Below, in pieces: positions 32,235 through 41,652 of a stretch of DNA of 60,784 nt. Where the stretch lies: contig JBGAGQ010000036.1 of the NCBI GenBank assembly GCA_044226625.1, positions 1 through 60,784 on the forward strand. The letters are read 5' to 3'. Every line of letters begins with the position of its first letter. Position 1 is the first letter of the stretch. Made by a program: the position numbers and the translations under genes. Source of the stretch: Thermoanaerobaculia bacterium (GTDB lineage: Bacteria > Acidobacteriota > Thermoanaerobaculia > Multivoradales > UBA5704). The notes beneath the pieces were generated by a model. That model worked only from the letters and a program-made list of their open reading frames with translations. It searched no databases and was not told the origin of the DNA.

Positions 32235-34187
32235 TCAAAGCTCCCGGCTGCGCGCCGACACCTGGGTCTGGACCCGCGCTGCGAAGTCGGCGATCGAAGT
32301 CGCGCCCAGGTCGGCCCCGGCTCGGCGGCGCACCGACACGGTGCGCTCCTCCTGCTCTCGGGCTCCGACCACCAACATGTAGGGAACCTTCTGCAGTTGC
32401 GCCTCGCGGATCTTGTAGCCGAGTTTCTCGTTGCGCTCGTCCACCTCGACGCGCACGCCCGCCGCCGTGAGCTCCGCCCGCACCTCTTCGGCGTAGGCAG
32501 CGAACTTTTCGGAGATCGGCAGCACGACCCCTTGGACCGGCGCGAGCCAGACCGGAAATGCGCCCGAGGTCTGCTCGATCAGCACGGCGAGGAAACGCTC
32601 GAGGGAGCCGAGCATCGCGCGGTGGATCATCACCGGCCGATGCTCCTCTCCGTCGTCGCCCACGTAGGACAGATCGAAGCGCTCGGGAAGTTGGTAATCG
32701 AGCTGGATCGTGCCGAGCTGCCAACCGCGGCCCAGCGCGTCCTTCACGTGGAAGTCGATCTTGGGCCCGTAGAACGCGCCGTCCCCCGGGTTGATTCGAT
32801 ACGAGAGCCCCGCCTTGTCCAGCGCCGCGGCGAGCTTGCCCTCCGCGCGCTGCCACAGCTCGGCTGTGCCGATCGACTTCGCCGGACGCGTCGAAAGCTC
32901 GATCTCGACGTCGTCGAAACCGAACGTGGCGTAGACCTCGAAAATCATCCGGCCGAGCGACAGCACTTCGCTCTCGACCTGCTCCTCGGTGCAGAAGACG
33001 TGAGCGTCGTCCTGACAGAACGAACGCACACGCAGGAGCCCCGCCGTCACCCCGCTCCGCTCGTATCTGTGGAGCCGACCGAAGTCCGCGTAGCGGATCG
33101 GCAGATCGCGATACGAGCGCCGCTTCGTCCCGTAGATCAGGCAATGGGTCGGGCAGTTCATCGGCTTGAGCGCGAGCTCGCGCTCGTCGGCCTCGACGAA
33201 GAACATCGAGTCGCGATAGTTGTCGTAATGGCCCGAGATCTTCCACAGCTCGACGTCGAGCACCTGCGGCGTCAAGACCTCGCCGAACCCGTACCTCTTC
33301 TGAAGCTCGCGCACGAAGTCGACCAACTGGTTGTAGACGAACGCCCCCTTGGGATGGAAGAACGGCATCGCCGGCGCAAGCGGAGAGAAGCTGAACAGGT
33401 CGAGCTCCGGCCCGACCTTGCGGTGGTCGCGAGCCCGCGCCTCTTCCTGCATTGCAAGGTGGGCATCGAGCTCCGCCTGTGAGGCGAACGCGGTGCCGTA
33501 GATCCGCTGCAGCTTCTCGCCCTTCTCGTCGCCTTTCCAATAGACGCCGGAGGCTTCCAGCAGTTTCACCGCGCCGATCTGAGATAGGCGCTGGACGTGC
33601 GGGCCGCGGCAGAGGTCGGTAAAGCCGTCCGCTCCCCCATGGCGGTAGAGCGTGATCCGCTCCCCCTCCGGAATGTCCTTCAAGCGCTCGATCTTCAGGC
33701 GCTCTCCCATCGCGGAGAATTTCTGCTCCGCCTCTTCGCGCGAGATCTCGCTCCGCTCGAACGACAGGTCGCCGCCGGCCGCCACGATCGCGCGCATCTC
33801 CTGCTCGATCCGCTCGAGATCCTCGGGCGAGAAGGGGCGCGAGATCCGGAAGTCGTATTGGAACTTCTCGCTATGGTCCTTCCGGCCGACGTCGATCTCG
33901 ACCTCGGGGAAGAGGCGCTTGACCGCGTCGGCGAGCACGTGCTCCGCGCTGTGGCGGATGAACTCGCCCGCCTCCGGGCTCTTCGCGGTGAAGATGCGGA
34001 ACGCCCCGGAGGCGCGGATCGGCTCGCGAAGATCGATCTTTCGGCCGTCGAGCTCGGCGCCGATCGCGTCGCGGCCGAGGCGCGGACCGATCGAGTGCGC
34101 CACGTCGAGCGCCGTAGCGCCGGGCGCCACTTCGCGCACCGCCCCATCGGGCAGCGTTAGACGGAGAACTTCCGTGATTGTGCTCAT
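32235..34187 (-). CDS. thrS: Threonine-tRNA ligase
   Basis: TGS domain, DLCRGPH, KPMNCP, AFYGPKID, IHRAMLGSLERF. Confidence 0.97.
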   Translation of the reverse strand: MSTITEVLRLTLPDGAVREVAPGATALDVAHSIGPRLGRDAIGAELDGRKIDLREPIRASGAFRIFTAKSPEAGEFIRHSAEHVLADAVKRLFPEVEIDVGRKDHSEKFQYDFRISRPFSPEDLERIEQEMRAIVAAGGDLSFERSEISREEAEQKFSAMGERLKIERLKDIPEGERITLYRHGGADGFTDLCRGPHVQRLSQIGAVKLLEASGVYWKGDEKGEKLQRIYGTAFASQAELDAHLAMQEEARARDHRKVGPELDLFSFSPLAPAMPFFHPKGAFVYNQLVDFVRELQKRYGFGEVLTPQVLDVELWKISGHYDNYRDSMFFVEADERELALKPMNCPTHCLIYGTKRRSYRDLPIRYADFGRLHRYERSGVTAGLLRVRSFCQDDAHVFCTEEQVESEVLSLGRMIFEVYATFGFDDVEIELSTRPAKSIGTAELWQRAEGKLAAALDKAGLSYRINPGDGAFYGPKIDFHVKDALGRGWQLGTIQLDYQLPERFDLSYVGDDGEEHRPVMIHRAMLGSLERFLAVLIEQTSGAFPVWLAPVQGVVLPISEKFAAYAEEVRAELTAAGVRVEVDERNEKLGYKIREAQLQKVPYMLVVGAREQEERTVSVRRRAGADLGATSIADFAARVQTQVSARSREL

Positions 34188-34263
34188 CGCCAAGAAAGCG
34201 AGTCCCTACCAGGAGCCGAGGCTCCGCGGACCGCGGTATTCACAAGCTCATGAATTGAAAGGG

Positions 34264-34340
34264 TGGTAGGCGCTGACGGACTCGAACCGTCGACCTCTAC
34301 CGTGTGAAGGTAGCGCTCTAACCAACTGAGCTAAGCGCCC
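34264..34340 (-). tRNA. tRNA-Val(CAC)
   Basis: GGGCGCTTAGCTCAGTTGG...CTACC-TTCACAC-GGTAG...GTTCGAGTC...ACCA. Confidence 0.96.
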
Positions 34341-34553
34341 GGTCATGAACTTCCCGAGGGTCGAGATTTCGGCATCATTTGCATCAGAGGGTGCATTCTG
34401 AATGCATTCGAGGGCTTCGAGCTTCTCCGTCGAGGCGCGGCAGCGGCCTCGCTTTCGGCGCTCGGACTTCCCCCTCGTTCCCTCCAGTCGATACCGATCT
34501 CCTTCCGATCCTCGCTCCTACGAAGGCTGCCTACGGATTCGCTGGAGGCTATC

Positions 34554-34630
34554 TGGTAGGCCCGAGCGGACTTGAACCGCTGACCTCTACGATGTCAACG
34601 TAGCGCTCTAACCAACTGAGCTACGGGCCT
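34554..34630 (-). tRNA. tRNA-Val(GAC)
   Basis: AGGCCCGTAGCTCAGTTGG...CTACG-TTGACAT-CGTAG...GTTCAAGTC...ACCA. Confidence 0.96.
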
Positions 34631-34669
34631 GTAACGTCCTCGGCTGCGCTTCTTGCTACCGGGGACGGG

Positions 34670-34699
34670 AAACTAGCAGAGCCCGGAAGAGGGTGTCAA
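34670..34699 (-). promoter_or_regulatory. Sigma-70-type promoter for the tRNA-Val pair
   Basis: Minus strand TTGACA-18 nt-TAGTTT with extended TG. Confidence 0.6.
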
Positions 34700-34763
34700 T
34701 GGCGGGCGGCGGCCCGGCAGCGACGGGACGCTCACTGGCATGGTGCTTGTAGAACCCCGCGCC

Positions 34764-35411
34764 ATGAAGCCACCGGAACCCGATCTCTTCTCGGCGGAGC
34801 CCCGAACGCCGCCTCCGAGCTTGCGGGCTCTCGCTGCCGCGGAGCAGGCTTGCCGGGCGTGCGGCCTCTACCGTAACGCGACGCAAGCGGTTCCGGGAAC
34901 CGGGCCGGCGCGGGCCTCGCTCCTCCTGATCGGCGAGCAGCCGGGAGATCTGGAAGACCTCGCGGGGCAGCCGTTTGTCGGGCCCGCGGGCAAGGTGCTG
35001 GACGAGGCGCTGAGCGCGGCCGGGATCGATCGCCGCGAGGTCTACGTTACGAACGCCGTCAAGCATTTCAAGTGGGCGCCACGCGGCAAGCGCCGGATCC
35101 ACCAAAAGCCCAATCTCACCGAGGTTCGCGCTTGCCTGCCGTGGCTCGAATCGGAGCTGGCCCTGGTTCGACCCGAGGTAGTGGTCTGCATGGGCGCGAC
35201 CGCGGCTCAGGCGTTGATGGGCTCGACGTTCCGCGTGACCCGCGACCGCGGCCGATTCTTCGAGACCTCCTGGGCCCGTTGGCTCACCGCCACGATCCAT
35301 CCCTCCGCCGTGCTTCGCATGCCGGACGAGCCGAAGCGCAAAGAGGCTTTCGATCAGCTGGTCGCGGACCTCGCCCAAGCCGCGGAGAAGGCGGCCCACC
35401 CCCACCGCTAG
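34764..35411 (+). CDS. udgX: UdgX-family uracil-DNA binding protein (family 4 UDG)
   Basis: CRACGL Fe-S motif, GEQPG, NAVKHFK, diagnostic KRRIH loop, HPSAVLR. Confidence 0.88.
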   Translation: MKPPEPDLFSAEPRTPPPSLRALAAAEQACRACGLYRNATQAVPGTGPARASLLLIGEQPGDLEDLAGQPFVGPAGKVLDEALSAAGIDRREVYVTNAVKHFKWAPRGKRRIHQKPNLTEVRACLPWLESELALVRPEVVVCMGATAAQALMGSTFRVTRDRGRFFETSWARWLTATIHPSAVLRMPDEPKRKEAFDQLVADLAQAAEKAAHPHR

Positions 35412-35850
35412 AAGGTGGCAGGAGATCGCTGAGATCTAGATCGCTCGCTGAGCCGAGAATCACCGGCTCCGAATCGCCGCCTGCGAACACCCTACCTTTA
35501 GGAAGATTCTCTTTCGGCTCGAAGATCCGTCTCGACGAAGGTCCGACGCGTGAATCCGGCTTCTTTCAGCTCGCCACGGGCGCGAGGCATTCGCCTCGCC
35601 CCTGTCTGAGGGGAGGCCGCTTCGCCGCGGCGGCTTCTCGTCCCGCGGGAGCGCCCACGGCGTTCGCGAGCGCCTACGATCTCGTCGAGACCCAAGGGCA
35701 CTGACATCTCGGGGGAGACAACCCGAGCGAGAGGAGGACCGGCAGAGCTCCACGATCGAAACCGCGCCACCGTTCCAGCCCACCAATCGTTCAACCGAGA
35801 GCGGCCCACCGTCCGGGGATCCCACCTCTCCGCTCTCTCGAGGAGGCAAC

Positions 35851-38748
35851 ATGAAACGTGGCCTGCTGTGGCTGTTCGCCGTTCTCGGAGTCCCCGCCGT
35901 CCTGCTCGGACAATCGCAAACCACGGGAACCATCTCGGGTCGGATTCTCGACGACGCCGGCCAGCCGGTCGTCGGGGCCGAGGTCACCGCGACCGCCGAG
36001 GAGCTCTCGCTCGAGCGCAAAGCCGAATCCAGCACGGAAGGCGATTTCCGCATCTCCCTGCTGCCGGTCGGCTCCTATAGCGTCCTGATCGAAAAGTCCG
36101 GTTTCCAACCCGCCGTCTACACTTTCCGTTTGAGCGTCGGCGCTAACGTACCGCTCGAGGTCACGCTCGCGCCCGGCGAGGCTGTCACCGAGACGGTGAA
36201 CGTCTACGGCACGGCGAGCGCGCTCGAAACGACCGCCGGCGGCGAGACGTTCACCTACGAAAAGCAGATCGATGCGCTGCCGGTCAACGACCGGCGGATC
36301 GACAGCGTCGCCGAGCTGTCGCCGAACATCGCCCACGGGCCGACCACCGACTCGATCTCGATCGCCGGAGCTCCTTCTTTCGACACGGTGGTGCTGCTCG
36401 ACGGGGCCGAGATTTCGGATCCCTATTTCGGCAATTCCCCTTCGCTCTACCTCGAAGACGCCGTCGAAGAGGTGCAGGTCCTCACCTCCGGCGTCTCCGC
36501 GCGCTACGGCCGCTTCCAGGGCGGAGTGATCAACGCGATCACCAAATCGGGTAGCAACGAGTTCAAGGGGACCCTGCGCGCCGAGCTGGACAAGGAATCG
36601 TGGAACTCGAAGACGCCTTTCGGCGAGACCCAGAGCGACCACCTGAATCCGACCTATCAGGCGACGCTCGGCGGTTACGTGGTGAAAGACCGGCTTTGGT
36701 TCTTCGCGGGCGGTCGGAAAATACCCACCACGTCGGAGAACAAGACGACCGAATTCACCAACGAGAGCTTCACCGAATCGAGCGACGAGAAGCGCTGGCA
36801 AGGCAAGCTCAAGGGCGCGATCACGCCGAGCCATCTGATCGACATCTCCCATCTCGACTTCGACGCGACGACTACCGGCTACGAAGGGCTTCCCGCGGGC
36901 GACGGTCGGGCGCTGGGTACCCGGCTCGATCCGCGCACGACCGACACCCTGGGTTACCAGGGCGTGTTCACCTCGAACACTTTCGCCGACTTCCAGGCGA
37001 CCCGAAAGCGGGTTTCGATCTCCGCGGGCGGCGATCCGAGCAAGGGCGATCCCTTCATCGATCTCACCAATTTCCAGGTGTTCCACAACCATTGGTGGGA
37101 CGTCAACGATCCGAGCCTGCGCGATAACGACACGGCGGCCCTCTCGCTCACCCATCTTCTCGACGCCGGACGCTACGGCGCCCATACGATCGAGGGCGGA
37201 ATCCAGTACGTCAAGTCGCTCACCGGCGGCGAGAATCGACAGACCTCGACGGGATTCAACCTGCTCGCCTTCAATCCGGACTTTCTCGCCGGAACCGTCA
37301 ACGGCGCTCCGCGTTTCAACTTGCGCTCGGGTGGCGCGCTGCGCTGGGAAGCGCTGCCGCTCGGCGGCGACCAGACGCTCAAGAACACGGCCGCCTACGT
37401 CCAGGACACGATCAACTTCTCGAAGGTTCGCCTCGACCTCGGCGTCCGGTATGACAAGTACGAGGGAACCGGGCCGCTCGCGCAGTTCAACCTCTCGTTC
37501 TCCGACGTCTCGCCCCGCCTCGGCATCACCTACAGCGTGACCGACACCTGGCAGCTGCAGGCGACCTACGGCAAATACTCGAGCCGGTTCAACGACAGCG
37601 TCGCGAACAGCGTGACGGGCGTTTCGGCCGCGCCGCGGATCGAGACCTTCTACCTCGGCCCCGATCTCTTGAACGCGACCGCGGACGAGGTCCAGGCCGC
37701 CTTGCGAAACGACGAGAACTGGCCGGTCGTGACGAGCTTCATCAGCCCGCAGTTCCCGACCACCTACCTCGCCCACGGCATCGAGGCGCCGTACGCCGAG
37801 GACATCAACCTGTCGGTGCGCCACGCCCTGCCGCGCAACACCGGCTCGGTCGTGCTCACCTACACCAACCGTCAATACAAGAAACTGCTCGACGATTTCG
37901 TCGGCGGCGCCTGCGATTTCGGGTTGAGCTTCGACCAGCCCTGCCCTGCCGGCAACGTCACCACGGTCCCCGGACCCGACGGCACGCCGAACTTCGCCAC
38001 GGTCGACAGCATCGTCTGGGCGAACAACCGCTTGGCCAAACGGAAGTACCAGGCGCTCACCGCGGTCTGGAACTACCGGCCGAATTCACGGCTCCAGTTC
38101 GTCGGCAACTACACCTACTCCCGCCTCCGCGGTAACTACGAGGGCGAAGGAGAGAACACGCCGGCGTCCGGCTCGCCGATCGGCAACTATGCCCGCTCGA
38201 CCGACGTCGCGGCGGCCAATCCGTACGGAACCCTCGCCGAGGACATCCCTCATCGTCTGAACGCGCTTGCGACCTACCGCTTCGACTGGCAGCAACGCGG
38301 CGCCTTCACCCTCGGCAGTTCGTTGCTGTATGAGTCGGGCCAGGCCTACAGCCGGACCGCGCTGGTGCCCTATCTCGACGATCCGGCCTACCTGGGTGAC
38401 AGCGGCACCTACACCCACCACTTCAGCCGCCGCGGTGCGTTTCGCTTCGACGACTGGTGGAGCCTCGGCCTCTCGGGCCGCTATGACCTGCCGCTGATCC
38501 GCGACTTCCGCACCTTCGTCAAGGTGAGCGTCGCCAACGTCACCAACAACCACGCCCTGATCGAGTTCCAGACCTCGGGTCAATCCGGACGTGACGCGAA
38601 CGGCAACGTCCTCCCCTGGCAGCCGGTCGGCAACTGTGGCCCAGGCGACAAGCCGTCCAAGAGCTGCACGGGCTACGGTCGGATCACGAGCGAGGACGAC
38701 TACCAGACGCCGCGCGAGTTCCTGGTCACCGTGGCGTTCGAATTCTGA
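35851..38748 (+). CDS. TonB-dependent outer membrane receptor (Oar-like, N-terminal carboxypeptidase-regulatory-like domain)
   Basis: Signal peptide, TGTISGRI, plug region EVQVLTSGVSARYG..GGVINAITKSG, barrel ending in ...VAFEF; RBS GGAGG. Confidence 0.92.
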   Translation: MKRGLLWLFAVLGVPAVLLGQSQTTGTISGRILDDAGQPVVGAEVTATAEELSLERKAESSTEGDFRISLLPVGSYSVLIEKSGFQPAVYTFRLSVGANVPLEVTLAPGEAVTETVNVYGTASALETTAGGETFTYEKQIDALPVNDRRIDSVAELSPNIAHGPTTDSISIAGAPSFDTVVLLDGAEISDPYFGNSPSLYLEDAVEEVQVLTSGVSARYGRFQGGVINAITKSGSNEFKGTLRAELDKESWNSKTPFGETQSDHLNPTYQATLGGYVVKDRLWFFAGGRKIPTTSENKTTEFTNESFTESSDEKRWQGKLKGAITPSHLIDISHLDFDATTTGYEGLPAGDGRALGTRLDPRTTDTLGYQGVFTSNTFADFQATRKRVSISAGGDPSKGDPFIDLTNFQVFHNHWWDVNDPSLRDNDTAALSLTHLLDAGRYGAHTIEGGIQYVKSLTGGENRQTSTGFNLLAFNPDFLAGTVNGAPRFNLRSGGALRWEALPLGGDQTLKNTAAYVQDTINFSKVRLDLGVRYDKYEGTGPLAQFNLSFSDVSPRLGITYSVTDTWQLQATYGKYSSRFNDSVANSVTGVSAAPRIETFYLGPDLLNATADEVQAALRNDENWPVVTSFISPQFPTTYLAHGIEAPYAEDINLSVRHALPRNTGSVVLTYTNRQYKKLLDDFVGGACDFGLSFDQPCPAGNVTTVPGPDGTPNFATVDSIVWANNRLAKRKYQALTAVWNYRPNSRLQFVGNYTYSRLRGNYEGEGENTPASGSPIGNYARSTDVAAANPYGTLAEDIPHRLNALATYRFDWQQRGAFTLGSSLLYESGQAYSRTALVPYLDDPAYLGDSGTYTHHFSRRGAFRFDDWWSLGLSGRYDLPLIRDFRTFVKVSVANVTNNHALIEFQTSGQSGRDANGNVLPWQPVGNCGPGDKPSKSCTGYGRITSEDDYQTPREFLVTVAFEF

Positions 38749-38873
38749 TCGGGCGATTCACCGCTCCAACGGGCCGCCCGAGGTTTGGGCGGCCCACCTG
38801 CCGACGCGCTCGCGCCATCCCCGCGCACCTCAATTTTCGTAACCGTCCGGAGCCGCGCTCCGAGGAGGATCCC

Positions 38874-39041
38874 ATGAAGAAGCGGACCCAGAAGCTCCAG
38901 CTATCCCGGGAAACCGTCACCATCCTGCAATCGACCGATCCCCTGAACCGCGCCAACGGCGCCACCGAGCCCACCGGGCCGCGCGATCAGAGCTTCTGCG
39001 TCGAGTGCTACTGGCCTTCGATCAACTACCCCTGCGACTGA
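38874..39041 (+). CDS. Putative RiPP precursor peptide 1 (55 aa)
   Basis: Below the ORF-track cutoff. RBS GAGGAGG; MKKRTQKLQLSRETVTILQSTDPLNRANGA-TEPTGPRDQSFCVECYWPSINYPCD; leader homologous to the peptide at 47892-48071. Confidence 0.85.
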   Translation: MKKRTQKLQLSRETVTILQSTDPLNRANGATEPTGPRDQSFCVECYWPSINYPCD

Positions 39042-39091
39042 GGCTCGACGGCACGATTAGGGCGCCGACTGATTGCGGTCGGCGCCTTCCG

Positions 39092-39505
39092 CTACCGAGG
39101 CCAGGCCGCCCAGTCCCGCCGAAAAGACGGCCAAGCGTCGACGAGGTACAGGCCGAACGGCACCCACCAGATGAAGTCGTTCGTGGCGCAGAGAACGATC
39201 GATCGCAGAGGCCACTCGCCGCGAGCGATGAGCACCGCGAGGCCGATCGGTCCGAGGATCTTCCCCGTCAGGCCCACCGCCGCGAGCGGCCATCCTCTCT
39301 CGGGCATCCGCGCAACCTCGAGATAGATCACGCCGTATAGCCCGATCACCATCGCGAGGCAGGCGAAAATGCCGGGGTGGTTGAGCGGCGGCATCCCGCT
39401 CCACCGAAACAGCCACTGCGGATCGAGCGCGGAGAAGATTCCCCACGTAATGTTGTAGACGCCCGCGGCGAGGAAGATCGCGCGGTGGAAACGGCGACGG
39501 GGCAT
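39092..39505 (-). CDS. Small multi-pass membrane protein
   Basis: About four hydrophobic segments (AAGVYNITWG, MVIGLYG, GKILGPIG, NDFIWW). Confidence 0.8.
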   Translation of the reverse strand: MPRRRFHRAIFLAAGVYNITWGIFSALDPQWLFRWSGMPPLNHPGIFACLAMVIGLYGVIYLEVARMPERGWPLAAVGLTGKILGPIGLAVLIARGEWPLRSIVLCATNDFIWWVPFGLYLVDAWPSFRRDWAAWPR

Positions 39506-39591
39506 GACGAGGGAATTGTAGCTTCACAGCTCTATGTCCGAAGCCGTTTCCACTCGATCCAGCGCTCGAATCTGGCCCGTGCCCAGGAGGC

Positions 39592-40185
39592 TCAACTCCC
39601 GAATCGGACCACGACTCCAGAAATGCTCGCGAAGTCCTCCGAAATATTGATGATGGCGTCGCCACCCAGCTGGATAGCCTGGCTCTTCAATTCTTCGTCT
39701 ATGGCGTCACGCTTCTTCGTCCTACCGAACGTACTGTACTTGCTCACGCTGACTCGACCCCGCTCGACGAAAGGCTGCGATGGTCTTTCCGTGAAGAAGA
39801 GCTTCACTTCCGGTGCGGATTGAGCATGGACAACAAGTGAGTCTTTCGGGGGGGTTGTGGACGCTTGCTTCTGTTCTGGCTTGGGTACAGATGAGGGCGC
39901 CTGTGCTTGCACCAGGAGTCGCTCACTGACGGCTGTCAAAATCGGCTGATGGAGTCCGGCATCTCGAAGTGCGTTGAGGGCAGGGAGGCTACCGTCCAAT
40001 CGCTGAAGGGGCGAGCCTTGGATCGCAGCCAAAATCACGCTTTCGCCGATTCCGGCTCGCTTCATCGCGACGATGTCTGCGTTTTCTAGAGGCTTGTCGC
40101 CGTCGCCTACGGGCGACTGGGCCGCCAGAGATGTGCTCAAAAGGACAACTTGGACAGTGGCGATTTGTGCCAGTCTTAGCAACAT
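39592..40185 (-). CDS. Exported hypothetical protein, C-terminal YbjQ/heavy-metal-binding-like domain
   Basis: Signal peptide, LENADIVAMKRAG helical domain, C-terminal LKSQAIQLGGDAII; start uncertain. Confidence 0.7.
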   Translation of the reverse strand: MLLRLAQIATVQVVLLSTSLAAQSPVGDGDKPLENADIVAMKRAGIGESVILAAIQGSPLQRLDGSLPALNALRDAGLHQPILTAVSERLLVQAQAPSSVPKPEQKQASTTPPKDSLVVHAQSAPEVKLFFTERPSQPFVERGRVSVSKYSTFGRTKKRDAIDEELKSQAIQLGGDAIINISEDFASISGVVVRFGS

Positions 40186-40291
40186 CGGTTCGTCCTCCCA
40201 GCCGTCGGCGCAACGAGTGATGGATGGCTCTAGATCGGTTCAAAAAACGATACTGATCACCCCAAGTTCGACAGCCCAAGGATCGCCGAGC

Positions 40292-41290
40292 TCAAGGACG
40301 AAACGCGGACTTGTCGACGACTCCGGGCAGCGTATCGCTATCCGTGGCAAGCTGAGGAAGCAGGTAGTACTGGATCACCCCCGTGCTGATCTGCTGAATC
40401 CATACTTCGGTCTTCGTTGTATTGAACCTCACGATGTTCGACCACAGGTAGCCATTAGACTTCGGTCCGACGATACGAACCAACACCTCGGCGCGCGTTG
40501 GGATCGATCCGGCAACACAAACCGTTTCCGGTAAGCAGTCGGCCACCGAGGTGCCGATTCGCGTGTCGCTAATCCGCACCCAGAAACGGAAGTTCGGGTA
40601 CTGCGCCGAGGTGATTCCCTGAACCGAAGGCGGAACAGGATCGGGGGGTGGTGGCGGAGGGGGAGGAGGTGGCGGCGGAGGTGGCGGCGGAGGTGGCGGA
40701 GGGGGAGGAGGCTCGTTGCTTTCGGTGAATCTGTACCTAATGCCTACCCCATGCATCTGAATCGACCCTTGAGGACCGTTGGCAAACGGGGGCCTTGCGC
40801 CTCCGATCTGAACGTCGAAGACCGTGCCCGAATCGGTAGCTGGCAGGCCAAGAAACACATTGTCAGAATCAAAAATGTCGTATGAGACCTCGACCTCATA
40901 CGCCCCGGGCTTGACGGTCGCATTGAATCCGGTGAGCGTGTGGCACGTGAAGGATTGCGAGGGGAACGTGCGGGCGAAGGTGATCGACTGGATCGTCGAG
41001 TGCTCTTGAGTGACAGACGCCGTTGCGGTGAACGTGCGGGTAAACGCCGACTCGTTGTAGAGACAGGCCGTAACCTGAGAAACGATGCCGCCATTCGTCG
41101 TGGAGGCGTGCCCGATCATGCTCAGATCGGTCGAACCAGCCTGGTAATACCAATTCAACGCGCCGCTATAGAAGGTGAAATCGGCAGGAGCGGCATCGCC
41201 GAGCAATACCTGACGCGCGATGGGTTGCTGAGCCGCGACCGCACCGACCGACAAGGATCCAAAGAGAATCAAACTGAAAGGTCTGAGCAT
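40292..41290 (-). CDS. Secreted protein with poly-proline linker and compact C-terminal domain
   Basis: Signal peptide (AVAA-QQ), beta-rich N-domain, 23 consecutive Pro codons (40643-40711), ~110 aa C-domain with a Cys pair. Confidence 0.85.
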   Translation of the reverse strand: MLRPFSLILFGSLSVGAVAAQQPIARQVLLGDAAPADFTFYSGALNWYYQAGSTDLSMIGHASTTNGGIVSQVTACLYNESAFTRTFTATASVTQEHSTIQSITFARTFPSQSFTCHTLTGFNATVKPGAYEVEVSYDIFDSDNVFLGLPATDSGTVFDVQIGGARPPFANGPQGSIQMHGVGIRYRFTESNEPPPPPPPPPPPPPPPPPPPPPPPDPVPPSVQGITSAQYPNFRFWVRISDTRIGTSVADCLPETVCVAGSIPTRAEVLVRIVGPKSNGYLWSNIVRFNTTKTEVWIQQISTGVIQYYLLPQLATDSDTLPGVVDKSAFRP

Positions 41291-41652
41291 TTCGGCTCCC
41301 GATGATGCAAATACGCACTGCCAGGTTCCACGCTAGGGTTCGGCCCTAGGGCGATACCGATAGAACGCAGGGTTGATAAGCGTCCTCTATCCATTTACGC
41401 GACGGAACCCCTGCGGTCGGCTCATTCGAGCCTCAAGTGGGCAACACATATTTGAGACATGGAGACGGCTAAGGCTAAGGAAGCGCTCTTCGTCGAGCGC
41501 ATCGGGCAACGACGGACGTCCTCCCCATCGGAAGGGTGGGCGCCGCGCCAGCGCCCTACGGCAATCTCGGGCTCCTGGCGCTACTGGCGGTTGGTTCGCG
41601 CTGCGGCTTGGGAAGGGTTCGTTGGAGCCGGCCCCAGCCGCCAGACCTCGCC

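Noticed and set aside
34341-34553. Palindromes in the spacer between the two tRNA-Val genes
   Set aside because: Short hairpins such as TGCATTCTGAATGCA are compatible with ordinary tRNA spacer structure; no second copy was seen in the window.
35412-35850. Possible riboswitch upstream of the TonB-dependent receptor
   Set aside because: Hairpins are present but I could not match cobalamin, TPP, glycine or cyclic-dinucleotide consensus elements; an Infernal scan would be needed.
41306-41323. TGGCA...TTGCA sigma-54-like motif upstream of the poly-Pro gene
   Set aside because: GG to GC spacing is 14 nt, not the required 12.
39510-41480. Integron cassette interpretation of the low-GC islet
   Set aside because: No attC-like RYYYAAC...GTTRRRY boundaries or integron integrase were identified.
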